Positions 37,301-50,195 of a stretch of 64,000 nt of DNA are shown here, piece after piece. The notes beneath the pieces are model-generated. The model saw nothing but the letters and a program-made list of their open reading frames with translations, was not told where the DNA came from and made no database searches. The position numbers and the translations under genes were made by a program. The DNA is from Gnetum montanum (taxonomy: Eukaryota > Plantae > Gnetophyta). How positions within the stretch are numbered: the first letter of the stretch is position 1; each line of letters opens with the position of its first letter. The stretch spans positions 112,814 through 176,813 of the forward strand of contig MNCI01001451.1 of the NCBI GenBank assembly GCA_015680685.1. Reading direction: 5' to 3'.

Positions 37301-40300
37301 TCATGCTCTTAGTTAGTTCCATGTAAAGTGTGTTACTCTTAGAATTAGTGATTAGCCACTAGATGCCCTTCTAGTTTGTGGTTGTTGCATATAGAAACCT
37401 TTGGATTTATGCTTCTGGTGCACACTACTTGCATGCAGAGATAGATGCTTACTTTATGACCTAGAGTTTTTGCACACAATTGCACACTATATCACTATAC
37501 TTAATGCATGAAACTCTCTTCTTCTTAATCTTTCTAACTGTATTTTCTTTATATGTTTCTAGGGAAATATCTTTGATATCCATTATAGCATTAACAGTGC
37601 TTAGCCATGCCCTTCCCATGATGATTGAGAAATCCCCTTTGTAGTTCTCCACTTCAATCACTAGGAAATCAATAGGATAAGACCACCCATAGATAGTAGT
37701 CACAATGGAATAGTGATGGATTGGTCTGCCAATTCTAATCTTATGTTGCTCTTCTTGAGAGGAGGTAGGTTCCATGCAGTGTACATCTCATGAGAAATTA
37801 AATTGACACTAGAACTTGAATCAAGAAGAGCCTTGCATGGTTCATTCCTAGTAATTTGCAAATAAATCAAAGGACTTCTAGGATAAGCTAATTTCTTAGA
37901 AAGGTTTCCAGCACCAATCCAATTAGATATAGTATGAGTAAGCATGATGGTATGGACCCTAGGTAGATTTTGGTTTGAAGGGGACTTGAAAGAATTTAAC
38001 ATAGAGGAAGATGTAGGGGTAGGGTTGTCAATTGCAAGTATAGTTAAGGGCTGAGGTGAACTGTAGGTTCGAAAGAAAGGTCTTTTCTTTGATTAAGTAT
38101 TTGACCCACTTGGTTGATGAACCGATTGTAAGTTAACAACCCTAGTAGCATTGCGTTGTTGTGGTTGAGTTGGTAGTTCATCCTGCATAAGTGGAGTAGG
38201 TGGTAGCTATGTGGGTGAAGGACAAACAAGTGCAGGGACAAGAAGGGGATAAGGGTAAGAAGTGGTATCCCTTCTTTCATGTGGGAAATGAGTTTGATAA
38301 TAATCAGAATGATGGTAGTGAGGTTGGAAAGTGGAGATGTAACTAGAGGAGTCACATGGAGACAGTGGTTGTTGAATGTAGTAATCATATGGATCAAGTT
38401 GTCGATAAGGGTATTACTACCTTGGTGGTGTTAGCACCCGTGATTATGGTTGCTGTCACTGTTGATATTGGAGTTCCACTAGGATAATATTGCTGTTCCT
38501 AGGACTACCTAAAATTACCTTGAGGATAAGGTAATCTTCTAGATGTTTTCCTTTTCTTTAGTCATGGATTTAAAGCATACATCCTAGACTCCTGTAGAGG
38601 TGACACTATGGGGCAACATCCCTTAGGATATGTATACTAATAGATGTCAGACCCACCATCATCATCTAATTTGCTTTTGGAAACCTCCCCTATCATAGAA
38701 ATCTTGTCCTTACCTTTTTGATAAGCATGTTCAACTTTCTTGCACCTCCTGTACTCATGATCAGTGCCTAGATCTTTGGACTCTTTAGAAACTTTTAGAA
38801 AAGCTTGGAATTTTCTATCCATAGAGTCCCATAAATAATTAACCTTGGTCATAAGTTTAGACTGAAATTTTTGGAGTGGCAAGGTTTCCTATTTACCACC
38901 TCATTAGATGTAGATTCATCCTCATTGTTGTAGAATCGAACCTTCCTCTTGCGAATGGAAGGATCATGGTTATATTCTTTTGCACTTTCTCTTTTTCTTA
39001 ATTCACCCTCCTCTTTAGCTATCTACTTGATTAATCTTTGTATTTGATGGACACTTAATTCTCATAGTTGCCCCTAGGCATAGATACCAAGGGTTCTCCT
39101 CATTTCTGATCGAAGCTCATCTATAATGTGGTGAAGTTAATCTAGCTAAGTATAACCATGGCTAGGACATTTCTACATTAAGGAATAGTATCAGCCAATG
39201 GCAGCATCTAAGGGTTTATGTGTTCCTTATTTCCATCCTTGGATTTTCCTTCTCAAGCTAGATACTCTGAAGTATGTTTGATATTTATCATTAAACAATT
39301 CAAACATGGTATTTCATTGTCTGATAGATTCTGGCTCCAAAGATTGGTACTAGTTCTTTGCTTCTTTAATGAGTGTCTATGGGAATAGCTTAAGTTTTTT
39401 TTCACTCATTCTCTATGTTTTTCAAGGCACATGCATCTTGAAAATCTTGAAGATTATTTTTTGGATCAAAATTATATCCCCTTTTGAATTGAGGAATATC
39501 GTTCATGTCTAGTCTTTTGAACCAACTATCCTTCACATGCCTTATTGGAATTCATACTGCCTCTGTGATATTAAGCATGCTTTGGGTAGCAAGTAAAGGC
39601 TCATCAAGGACTTGATCATGGTGCTTATGATGCCCTCTACTACCCCTTCGTTCATGGTGATTTGCCTCTCTTGAATGTTTACGCCCTTAATCTTGCCTTT
39701 CTTGATCCCTTTGATCATTTCAATCTCATTTGTTATTTTAGTCACCTCCATCATGATCTCACCTCCTATGGTCATGGTTAGAGCTAGAAGAAGAAGAATA
39801 TGACACTGAAGGGGAAGAGGAAGGAGGATTAGCACCATCATGGTGCCTGGTACCACCTCTTCAACGATCGCAATCATGATCATGATCTTGTTTCTTGTCT
39901 GCATCCTTGCCTTTGCTAGCCCCTCCTGATCCTTCTTTGTCATTGGATCTATTCTTAAAAGAACCAAGATTGTGAATCATGGAATATAAGTTTTGGTTTT
40001 GACCTCCTTCACTAAAGTCAAAGAGAGGAACTTCACCAAATGAAAAACCCCTAGAGAAGGATTCTCCACCATCTTGTTGGTACAACAAGAATGGAGAATC
40101 GTTAAATCTTTTTTCCTTTGCAGATTCATAGCGTTTTTCTAGCTATCAAACCCATAGACATTATGCTTCAGTGGGATAGTAATCTCTGGCATCAACATCT
40201 TACACAATATACTTAGCATGACATTCCTGGAGATCTGATTGTATAAGCATTTTTTGGAGCATTGTAGGAATGGATCAATTAAATGACAACATAATGTTGC

Positions 40301-40463
40301 CCTTTATGTCATGCCACCACAACTATTTATTCTGATGTAGGATGAAGGTGAAATTTGGTACATACTCATTAGGATGGGCATATATGATTCCATATTATTG
40401 AGGCACCAACTAATGAGCTTCATTAGACTTAGGCAAAGAGGCACTCCTATGAGAAGAAGACAT
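34310..40463 (-). pseudogene. Athila-like gag-pol, degenerate
   Basis: ATG at 40463; gag LDMNDIPQF; protease ALLDSSSSVNLI; RT KDHFLLSFVDQVL, FLDGYSGY and VEVFMDD (~36492-36512); RNaseH QLNYTTIEKELMVVVFALEKFRHY; integrase [10 protein letters not shown]...VDYCMKWVE. Confidence 0.9.
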
Positions 40464-40603
40464 TTTCAATTAGATGAGAAAAAATGCATTGTGCTTTTAA
40501 ATTTTGTTGTAGTAATTATAAAATATGATACGACTCTAAGGTTCATTCCAATGATTTAAATAATCTCACTAGGTCATAGATAGCACATGAAACAACCAAA
40601 AGA

Positions 40604-40622
40604 TCCCTAGCAATGGTGCCAA
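40604..40622 (-). promoter_or_regulatory. Primer binding site, Athila type (tRNA-Asp-like)
   Basis: Minus strand TTGGCACCATTGCTAGGGA directly after the LTR end; equals TGGCGCCGTTGCCGGGGA after CpG transitions. Confidence 0.85.
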
Positions 40623-43274
40623 TGATGAGTGACGAGGTACCCGCTACGTCCAACCATATGAATCAGTAAGGCATTTACGTGCAATCTAGTTGAATTCCAT
40701 AGACCTATAATTCTCTAGTACACTAGTTCTTCTAGGATGTGAAATGGGCATTGAGAACATTCGTTGTCTTCCTAACTACACTTTTGAAGCTTAGGGGTAT
40801 CGTTTAAGTGTAATTGAGGTACATGGTTTTTCTTATTTTATGTTTTATAAATTTGATTGCCTATGACAAGAATGATAGTTAAAGTAATTTAAGATCTAAT
40901 TCATCTACTACCTAGTTAGCCTAACACAAGTAATTGCCCCACTTTCCTGGACACATCCTGAACAAGTATAGTGTTGTTGGGCTACCAAATGTTAAGTGTT
41001 GCTAGGTTACCAAGTACTATATGTATGCTCGAAGTGGTCATGCTTACGTTCATTAACAACTAGAAATTAATTACTTAATTAAATTGTAGTAAAGTAAAGT
41101 GCATTAAAAGAAAAATTAATCTATTCTTAGTGCTACAAGGATTATCAAAAGAATTTGTTTTTATTCTTGTAGCATTGTTGCACTTAGGTACATCAGTGTT
41201 CGAACAAAGAATTGTATACACTTAGACTCCTTCTATGGGCACTCAGAAAATATTCTAACTCTAGAGAGAATAAACTATAAGAACTTTGCAATAATTTACT
41301 AAAAACTATAAAAAATGCATCCAAATCAAGAGCCCATGCACTATATTTATAGGCCAGTGCATATACCCTGACGTCAAATACTGGATGTCACATCTAGGCT
41401 ATGATTCATCAATCATTTCAATACATGATATAGAGGTTAATGAAACTCATTTTTATCATTATTGTATTGAAGTTGATACTTCTTATAGGAAGAACTCCCT
41501 AATCCTTGCAGCCAAAGGGAAACTCTTTTCTAAGAAAGTTGATTACATTTATCTCCCTAATTCCTATAGTTACTATTGTTAGGTTGAGTGTCACATTTCT
41601 ACATGTCCCTACTTTGCCAAGAAAAAACAAGTAGTCAAGCTTTTAAAAAAATCATTTCCTAGCTACCTAGAATCCCACCCACCATTAGAAACTTTGAAGT
41701 TTGAATCTTCTTTTAAACATGTTTCAAAGTATTTCTTCTTGTCTGGCCCCTCCAAGTCACAAGTATTATAATCTAGTCTAATCATAAAGGTTAGCTGTAA
41801 AGCACAAGTCATCCCTTCAATGTCATTCAAGGACTTAGTAATTAGTGATGAGTTTGTAAAGGGTGGTGGAAGGAAAAGAGCTAAAACATCCTCCACTATA
41901 GGTTCACCTTTTACTTCTCCCCCTATGAACAATCTTACTCTACCCATTTCTACAAGTAACTCCTTTGCCATCTTTTTACACACAATGGATGTCAATACTT
42001 TGAATCTAGAATCTTTTGAAGTCTTGTTATTAGAAACATCCTTTGCTTCCCCATGAACCTCTTACCTTGGAATGTCCAAGGCCTAATCGATAAGCTTCAA
42101 TGTAAACATATGAGTGACTTTCTCTCTAGTCTAAATGTCACTTTTGATTTTTTTTTATTTTTCAAGAAATTAAGATTTCATCCAATCATTTATCTCTTTC
42201 AGCCCATTGGTTTCTCCCTTACTCATCAGTTCTTACTAGTTTCCATGTGTGTGGAAAAGGTGGAGTAGTCATTCTCCTTTAATCTTATTAGAAAGATAAA
42301 ATTATTCAAAGTCATTCTAATTTTGGCCATAGAGTTTCTTGGTCTATCTTCTCCTCTTGACATGGTCCTTTCAATGTTTGTTCAATTTATGCCCTCAATG
42401 ACTCTACAAAACTTTCCCTTTTCTAGTAGGAACTAACCCATTCTCTTCCTTCTATACCTTGGATTTCTGGAGGTGATTTTGATATGAAAAAATTATCTTA
42501 AGATAAGCTAGGAGGGGTTTTTTTAAACTTCCAAATTGTGAGTATTAGTCATGGTCAAATTTTAAGAAAAGATCTATCTTTCTAATGGTGTTGATGCCAC
42601 TGCTAGAGATTCTCTTCACAAATTCACCTAGAGTAATCTTTTTCTTGGGTAGGATTGCATCAATAGTTACTTAGATAGGTTTTATTTTTCCACTCATTCT
42701 TTTTGATAGGCTTCTTTTGCTACTATGGTTCATTAACATACAACTTTATCAAACGATTTCCCCATTACTATATCTATTCAAATTCATGGTAGCCACCATA
42801 GATATAATTTCCTCCCTTTCCAGTTACATAGTAACTCTTTCTCTTCTTCTCTCACCCAATAACTTCCTCCCTTTCCTCCCTTTCAAGACTTTGGAATGCT
42901 GAACTTATGCCCTCAGGCCAAGTGGATTGGATTCAATGGTGGCATCATGCTACTTGTAGAGTATAGAATTCTACCCAGTACTATGGTAAGGAAGTGGCCT
43001 CTTGTGCCAGAAAAGAGTATAACAACATTAATTCCACTATTGAACACCTTACTGATTGATTAACTCATGATCCTTTTAACAATCAAGTTCATGAGGAGTT
43101 AGTTAGAGCCTACTCAATCTTTTAACAATGGAATGTCTATAGGACACAAAGTGCCTTAATAAAGAGCAGACTTACTTGGTTAAACATTCAAGATGAACAT
43201 TATAAGGATTTTTTAAAGTATCTAAATAGCTCTTCTTCTTCAACCTCTTTAGACAAAATTTCTAGTGATGGTAC

Positions 43275-44319
43275 TGTTGGCAATCATTTGGGATGCGACC
43301 ACCAACGAGTGTCCTCGAACAGGATTTAGGTGCTTGTTGGTCTTCTGGCAACACCAAGGCCTAGATACCTCCAAATAGACCCAGTAGTTAATGTGAGTAT
43401 GTGTGTGTGCTGTTGCAGTGTGCGGTTGTGAAAAATGAAATGATTGCATTGTGTGTAAACTACAAATGAATTATCTTAAAGAGATTTAGCCAACTTTGCC
43501 AAGTACTGTGAGTTGTTGAGAGTTCCTATTTTGTTTAATTGCCTAGTCTACGNNNNNNNNNNNNNNNNNNNNNNNNNNNNNNNNNNNNNNNNNNNNNNNN
43601 NNNNNNNNNNNNNNNNNNNNNNNNNNNNNNNNNNNNNNNNNNNNNNNNNNNNNNNNNNNNNNNNNNNNNNNNNNNNNNNNNNNNNNNNNNNNNNNATCAA
43701 AATACCAAATATTTTCTGAACCCTCTTGACTATTGAATCGTTGAACAGCATGACTACAAGAAGAGGCTCTCTTACAACAATCTCAATAGCAGTTCTTATA
43801 CGTTGCACAATAATAAAATTTACTACTAAAATGCTCTTAAGACTTTTAAACACAAGCGCTTCTATGGTAAAATTTTAATAGAACTTACTATCATGCAACA
43901 AGAACAATAAGAGCAATTTAAAAATCCCAAAATTACTTGCCAAGCATGATACTATCTAAACCACTAGCTAAACAATTTAAAAAAAAAATAAAAAATAAAA
44001 AACATAACTCACAGGACTATGACAAAGAGGCTGAAATCTTTTCTTTAGCAAGCCATCTTACAAGCAATCTTTCACAATGTGTGACCCCAAGTGTGGTCAA
44101 GCGTGTCTTTCTTTTCTTCTTACCCTTGAAGCCTTTTTATAAGGTTCAAAAGGTAGTTACATATTTCAAAATATCTTAGCTAACTTCTCTCCCAAGTAAG
44201 GAGATTACTTGCCCAACAAGTTAGGAGATCTTACTTGCCCAACATGTTAGTAGATTACTTGCCCAACAAGTTAGGAAGTTGTAGCTTATACATAAAGTTA
44301 GAAGAAAATCATGCTAACA
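43275..44319. mobile_element. Probable LTR sequence(s) spanning an assembly gap
   Basis: TGTTGGCA at 43275 and TGCTAACA at 44312-44319; minus-strand TATA-like CCTTATAAAA (~44135); three GATTACTTGCCCAACA.GTTAG-type repeats (44203-44278). Flanks GGTAC/TTGGC do not match, so the two sides may be different elements. Confidence 0.45.
43553..43695. other. Assembly gap (143 N)
   Basis: Run of N. Confidence 1.
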
Positions 44320-44639
44320 TTGGCATGTGTAAATATTACAAATATTGCTTTTATAAGCAATAGCCTATATAATAATAATAATTTTTGTAAAATAAATCCA
44401 AGATCTCCTAATTTATTTTAATTATTTTATTTAGGACTAAAGTCGTTAAGCCCTAGTAATTCTTGTGAAAGTAATAAAATGGATACTAACTAAATACCCC
44501 CTTTTAGTTACATAAATATCCCGAAAATATCCCAAAAATACGTTTTTTCTTTTTCTCAATGCAATATGTATATCTAACATTATGCATATCTAAATTAATT
44601 AATTTTAATTTAATTTTTCTGTGTTCTAGTTAAGGGGAC

Positions 44640-45700
44640 CTTTCTTAAAATAGCTGAAACTCAAGGTATCATTGATGCAGAGCTTACGACAGTTTTGTCC
44701 TCTGTTTTTCCATCCCTTCTTCCTTGATTTTCTCGTAAAACAAGTGGTTGCAGCTGCATTTGACATCTGGAACAATGCTGTCTCCATTTTTTTCTAACAG
44801 CACCATCGAAATAGCGTCGGCAGTGGCATCAGCTCTAGTTTGTTTTAACCAAAGGAGGTAACATGTTGATGTTACCTTCATCTTGACGGACAAACATTCA
44901 GCGCAATTCCAGCATCCACTAGAATCATTCATTACCTTGCCCACACGTACGTTCAGTTTCTAGCTCACCTTTTTATTCATATACGTATTCTTGAATTGCT
45001 ATTTAAATTATGCGTGATGGAAATATCCAAGAAAGCAGCGGCAAACAAGAACAGATCAATAATGTGGGCTTTTCTGATGGTTACTGGTCCCGTAGAGGAT
45101 TCTAAACTCTGTTGTTTGCACCACGCATCTGTCTGCTAATCTCAAGCATGTCTCTCAAAGTTCTGAGACAAGCATGTCATTTTCACAACGATGATTCTTC
45201 GCGGTGGCATCGGTGCTTGCAACAGCATCTCCAGGCTGCCGGGATGAAGCAGGTCACCCACATTCATCACTGGTGCAAAGAGAACCTCCCTTGCATGCGG
45301 ATCCAAGGCCTGGGTGAGTGGCTCCACACCGTAGAAGTTGCCCTACTCAAGTAGGCCGCGGTTGAAGAAGATGGTTGTTGTTGCTGTTGCTGAGGAGGGG
45401 CTAAGGCCTTTGCATACTTGCGGCTGCGCATTTCCATACACGAACTCAGACAACCCCCAAATCGTTAGTTGCACGCGTCATTTATAGACTCTCTGCGGCC
45501 ACTCCCTAACCCTCAAGAGCTCTAGCTTCGCAGCAACAAGTAGAAGCAACCAAACGTAGACAAAAGACATGGAAAAACACAGAGCGGAGGAATAAATTTG
45601 GATCTATCTGCAACGATTTGTGCAGGTAGGCAAGACAATAACCCTAAGTCCTCCAATTTATAGCTGCCTCCACAGTGCCAGCACTAGCCCTGAGTGCTTG
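44640..45700 (-). other. CpG-rich gene-like fragment of unknown identity
   Basis: Minus-strand TATA (CTATAAAT ~45655-45662), telo-box-like TTAGGGTT, pyrimidine-rich leader, ATG at 45437 opening MEMRSRKYAKALAPPQQQQQQPSSS (56 aa to a stop at 45267); exon-like block 44688-44961 bounded by CTAG / GTAAG. Confidence 0.45.
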
Positions 45701-46487
45701 TGATGGTCTTTGGCTGCCAGTTTTTTGGAGAAAATAGTGCCGCAAATTCACAGGCTTGTTTAGCTTCAGAGCTTTCATGAACAAAAATGTTGGCCACGAA
45801 ATTTTAGACGATTTATAGGAGAAATAACTTCACCCTGCACTGGACTGTTGAATTGGTGTTGCTTCGGAGATGTGCTTTCCCAAAATGAAATGGATACAAG
45901 ACCAATTTGACTCGAGATGCTCTTTGATTTGGTATAGATTTATATCATATAAATGATAAATTGAACTTCCTTCATAATAATGCTAGACTTTGGTTATGGA
46001 AAGCAGGCATTGAGATTATCAAGATAGGATATTCATCTGTAAAGCCCAGTGTATCATAATATATTTATATATCTGTATTGCTGCCCTGTAAAATGCAATG
46101 CTCAGAGATTTATAAGCTTACTATAGAAATAGAAAAGAATGCTATTGTTGACTTATTCTTTTCCTCTCAAACTGAAATTTTTGCCACTTTTCCAAAAACT
46201 CTTAACCAATTTAACCCTGCCAACCTGTTCCATGAAATGGCCAAAATGTGCCAACAGGTACCATCATCACTGACCAAAATAGCCTTCTTTCATATTTAAG
46301 GAGCATTTTAAAGCCTTATTTACCACTACCTCCATGGATATCTCATCATTCAAGGTCACTACTCTTAATTAACCTAGTGTAGTTAATACTATGTTACAAA
46401 TTTAGAAGCTTATGTTACTCAGGTTGAGCTTCAATAGGGTTATTTTAAACTAAGGTCTGGGAAGGTTCCTGGTTATGATGGTTTCTT

Positions 46488-47652
46488 ATTAAATTTTTTC
46501 AAAATCATTGGAATTTGGTTGGCAATGATCTATTCCAAATCATCAAAGAGGCTACCCTTATTGGTTCCCTAGGGCCAAATTTAAATAAAGGGATTATTCA
46601 TCTTCTCCTTAAATTTGGGGATCCTACTTGTATCTTCAATTGGTGACCCATCACTCTTCTTAATGTGGTTTATAAAATATGGGCCAAGTGCTTAGCCTTA
46701 CATTTGAAGAAAATTCTTTGTCATATTATATTACCCTAGCAAACAGGCTTTGTTCTTGGTTGATACATTTTAAATAATGTGGTTATATTGGAAGGTCTTT
46801 AGTGGGTGGAGGATAATGGTCAAGATATTCTCTTAATGAGGTTTGATTATGCATAGGCATACAACAATATTAAGTGGGACTTCATTATACAAACCATGGC
46901 TAAACTAGGTTTTGGGTCCAAGTCCCTACATATAATGAAATATTTATTCTCAGATGCTACTACAAGAATAGCTACTACCTTTGGTATCACTTCTCTCTTC
47001 TCTATCAATAGGTCAGTGAGGTATAAATGTCCTCTTACCCCTTACCTGTTCATCATCACAGTTGAATTTCTCTGTCATCTATTAAATTATGAATTTTTTC
47101 ATAATTATTGGAATCTAGTTGGCAATGATCTATTCCAGATCATCAAAGAGGCTACCCTTACTAGTTCCCTAGGGCCTTATTTAAATCAAGGGATTATTCA
47201 TCTTCTCCTTAAATTTGGGGAGCCTACTTGTATCTCCAATTGGTGATCCATCACTCTTTTTAATGTGGTTTATAAAATATGGGCCAAGTGCTTAGCCTTA
47301 CATTTGAAGAAAGTTCTTTGCCATATTATATCACCCCAGCAAACAGGCTTTGTTCTTGGTTGATACATTTTAAATAATGTGGTCACTACCTTGGAAGGTC
47401 TTCAGTGGGTGAAGGATGATGGTTAGGAGATTCTCTTAATGAGGCTTGATTATGTAGAGGCCTATGACAATATTAAGTGGGACTTCATTATATAGACCAT
47501 GACTAAACTAGGTTTTGGTGCTATTGAAAGAATAGCTACTACCTTTGGTATCACTTCTTCCTTCTCTATCTAGAGGTCAGTGAGGTAGGAATGGCCTCTT
47601 ACCCCTTACCTATTCATCATCACAATTGACTTTCTATATCATCTATTAAATT
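46488..47652 (+). repeat. ~600-bp tandem duplication within the LINE RT
   Basis: ATTGGAAT.T.GTTGGCAATGATCTATTCCA at 46507 and 47107; the second copy lacks ~36 bp present at ~46918-46953. Confidence 0.93.
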
Positions 47653-49831
47653 CTGATATTCAAAATAATGTTATCACCAGGGTTCATCTCTCTTCCCCTC
47701 AACATCCACTTCTTAATATGCATTTCACCAATAACTCATTTTTTCTCATTCAAAACACTGTTGTTAATTTGTAGAACTCTTATCTTGGGTGGAGCAATAT
47801 TGCTCTCTCTTTCTAGCTTCACTATTAATTGGAATAGATCTTTTGTTTATAGTTTTAACAATAATTATAGTCATTTCCCCAACTATAATTGTACACTTAT
47901 TCAGGACCAAGATATCGATAATATTTTGGGGATTCCCTTTTGTTTTAAAGATTTTACTTCAATCCTTTGGAAGCAAGTAATTTCTTGGATTCACAAGAAA
48001 ATTGGAAAATGGAAGACTAAACCCCTCACTCTTGGAGGTAAGTACCTTGTCTATAAATTTGTTTGTGCTTCTACTCATGTGTATTTTTCTTTGTGCTAGG
48101 CTTCCTCCCAAGTTGCTTATTAGAAGCTAGAATGATTATTTTGGGACTGCATATGGTCATCTAAAGACTTCCAAAAAGGTTTTCATCATGTTGCTTGGAA
48201 TATTGTTACTCTTCCTAAGAATAAAGGTGGTTTAGGCCTTTTTAATTCTTTTAAGTGATTAGTCTAGCATCTAGATGCCCTTGACATTATTTGGAGTCTC
48301 CTCCAATTAAGGCTTTGACAAGAATTTCCCAAAAATAATCCTTTTTGGAAAGGAATCCATTTCGTTAATTAGATCCTCTCTACTCATATTATCATCATTT
48401 TTGGGTCTCATGTCTTCAAAAGCATTTTCCCTTGGTGGTTACCCCTGTCACTGGCTCCTCTTGCCACTATGAATGCTAAGGTAGCTACTTCTTGGTATTA
48501 GAAGAGAGTTATTTCTCTTAGTTGCCTTCATCTCACAAACCAATGGATTTCTTGGAAAGTATCCGAAAATTTGAATATGGCTTCCAAAGTAATGGACCAC
48601 TGCTTGGATTGAGTTTATAATTTTATTCATCAATATTTGCAACTAGATGTTTTGGTACAAAGTATTTTTCAAGGCCTCTAGTGGACTAATGGGTCAAAAC
48701 TTCAGCTTTATAAGTTACATGTACCCTTTCAACTATTGCATGATTCCTCAATTGTCATTCAACAATGTAATAGGTCTTGGAAGAAACAAGAGTCTGAGGA
48801 ATTCTAGATCTCCCTCTTCAAAGGGATTTGAAAACTTCCAACTCTTCCTAAAATTCAATAATTTCTTTGGTGTCTTCTTCATCAAGGCTTACCCATTGGC
48901 AAACACCTTGAATACCTTGGGATTCATACTCCTAATTGTTCTCTTTATGGTAGAATAGAGGATTTTGTTCATGTTTTTTTGACATTGCCCTTTTGGTCAG
49001 CATACATAGGGATGGGCTTCCAAAGTTATCCCATCATGTAAACTTTCTTAAGATGATGTTAGGTTTGGCTTTTTGCCTACCACTGTTGTGTATTTCAAAT
49101 TTCTCTAAAAGGTTATTAGGCCCATTGTTCTATATTTTATTTGGAAACACATATGTACTATTGTTTTTCAGAGTATTGAATATTCAAATATCTATTATCT
49201 GACTATTATGGAGAAATTGCAAATCATCCACCTTATTCACTTCCAAATCCTATCTCAAGCGTCAAAGATCAAATTGGACATTAATGAGTTGATTTATCTA
49301 TTGCAGTCTTGGGGCAAATCCATGAGTCCAAGCAACCTTCTTCAACAGGAATCACTACATAGGAGTCTCTCTTCATAATTTTGGATGTTATCTGCCACTC
49401 TTCTTCTTCTCCCATTTTTAGTTGATCCTTGGTGGAAGGTAGATCTCTAGATTGTATTCCTCCCTCTTGGGATTAGTTGTTGTAAGGATGTTTCCTTGCA
49501 TAACATCCATAGTTCATTAAGTTTCTCTTATATGTTTGTTTCTTTATATATCTAGTTTATATGGCTTGATGTTGAATATGTATTTGATGCTCCTTTACTA
49601 TTAATAAAACTCACTTTTTGGGGTCCAACACCCCTCCACATGGTTCACCCCAATTCCCCAACCCCTCGTGCCTCCCGCACAAGGTTGAAATTTTAGAATT
49701 TAATAATATACGTTTTCCTCATTATGATAAAATATTTTGCCTGTATACCTAGTAATTTTATAGGTTTTATTTACAAATTAACCTGTATAATACGGTTTGA
49801 AACAAATTCCATGCCTGTTACACATGGTGCC

Positions 49832-50151
49832 ATATCAGCGAAACAAAGCTTAGCCTATGAGCACTGGTATCAGTAATACAAAGCTTAGCCTGTAAGCACT
49901 GGCAACCGGGAAGCGGAATTTTTGCTGTGATGAGAGTCATGAAGTCACACAGAATTGCATACCGACAAAACAAAAATATTGTTGTGATGAAAGCAATGAT
50001 GTCATACAGAAATGCAGATTAACAAAGAAAATGAATGGCTCTCTGATCTATCACTCGCTCCATGTGTGCCTGTACGCCACTGGAGGATAATAAAATTTTG
50101 TTAATAATAGAGAATGGGCATTGCAGAGTCTCCTCTATCTAGGATATAAAT
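49832..50151 (+). promoter_or_regulatory. Putative UGT promoter with TATA box and two short tandem duplications
   Basis: TATAAAT at 50145-50151, ~45 bp before the ATG; ACAAAGCTTAGCCT.T.AGCACTGG twice (~49843, ~49878); TG.TGTGATGA.AG..ATGA.GTCA.ACAGAA.TGCA twice (~49923, ~49980). Confidence 0.55.
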
Positions 50152-50195
50152 CTCTCAGATCTGCAAACATTTTGGAGCAAGCTAGCTAAGCAGCC

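Larger units (their letters stand above)
31777..41411 (-). mobile_element. Athila-like Ty3/gypsy element 2, near full length, inactive
   Basis: LTRs 31777-~32490 and 40623-41411 (TGATG...CATCA); TSD ATCAC (31772-31776) / ATCAT (41412-41416); PBS present; gag-PR-RT-RH-INT remnants. Confidence 0.93.
31330..49615 (+). mobile_element. L1-clade LINE, degenerate, in three pieces (~31330-31776, 41412-43274, ~46095-49615)
   Basis: ORF1 reads through the Athila TSD (IVSTLGC|IISIHDIE...YCIEVDTS...VDYIYLPNS plus knuckle remnant). APE endonuclease PWNVQGL (42053), PWISGGDF, YLDRFYF. RT KVPGYDG, PITLLNVVYKIWAK, QTGFVLG, CPLTPYLFII. 3' end AATAAAACTCAC (~49603). 5' boundary approximate. Confidence 0.85.

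Noticed and set aside
43513-43853. ORFs with X runs here and at 62532-62828
   Set aside because: Artefacts of N gaps.
45400-45450. KRP/ICK CDK inhibitor suggested by SCMEMRSRK resembling YLQLRSRR
   Set aside because: No other KRP motif and no C-terminal CDI domain in any frame.
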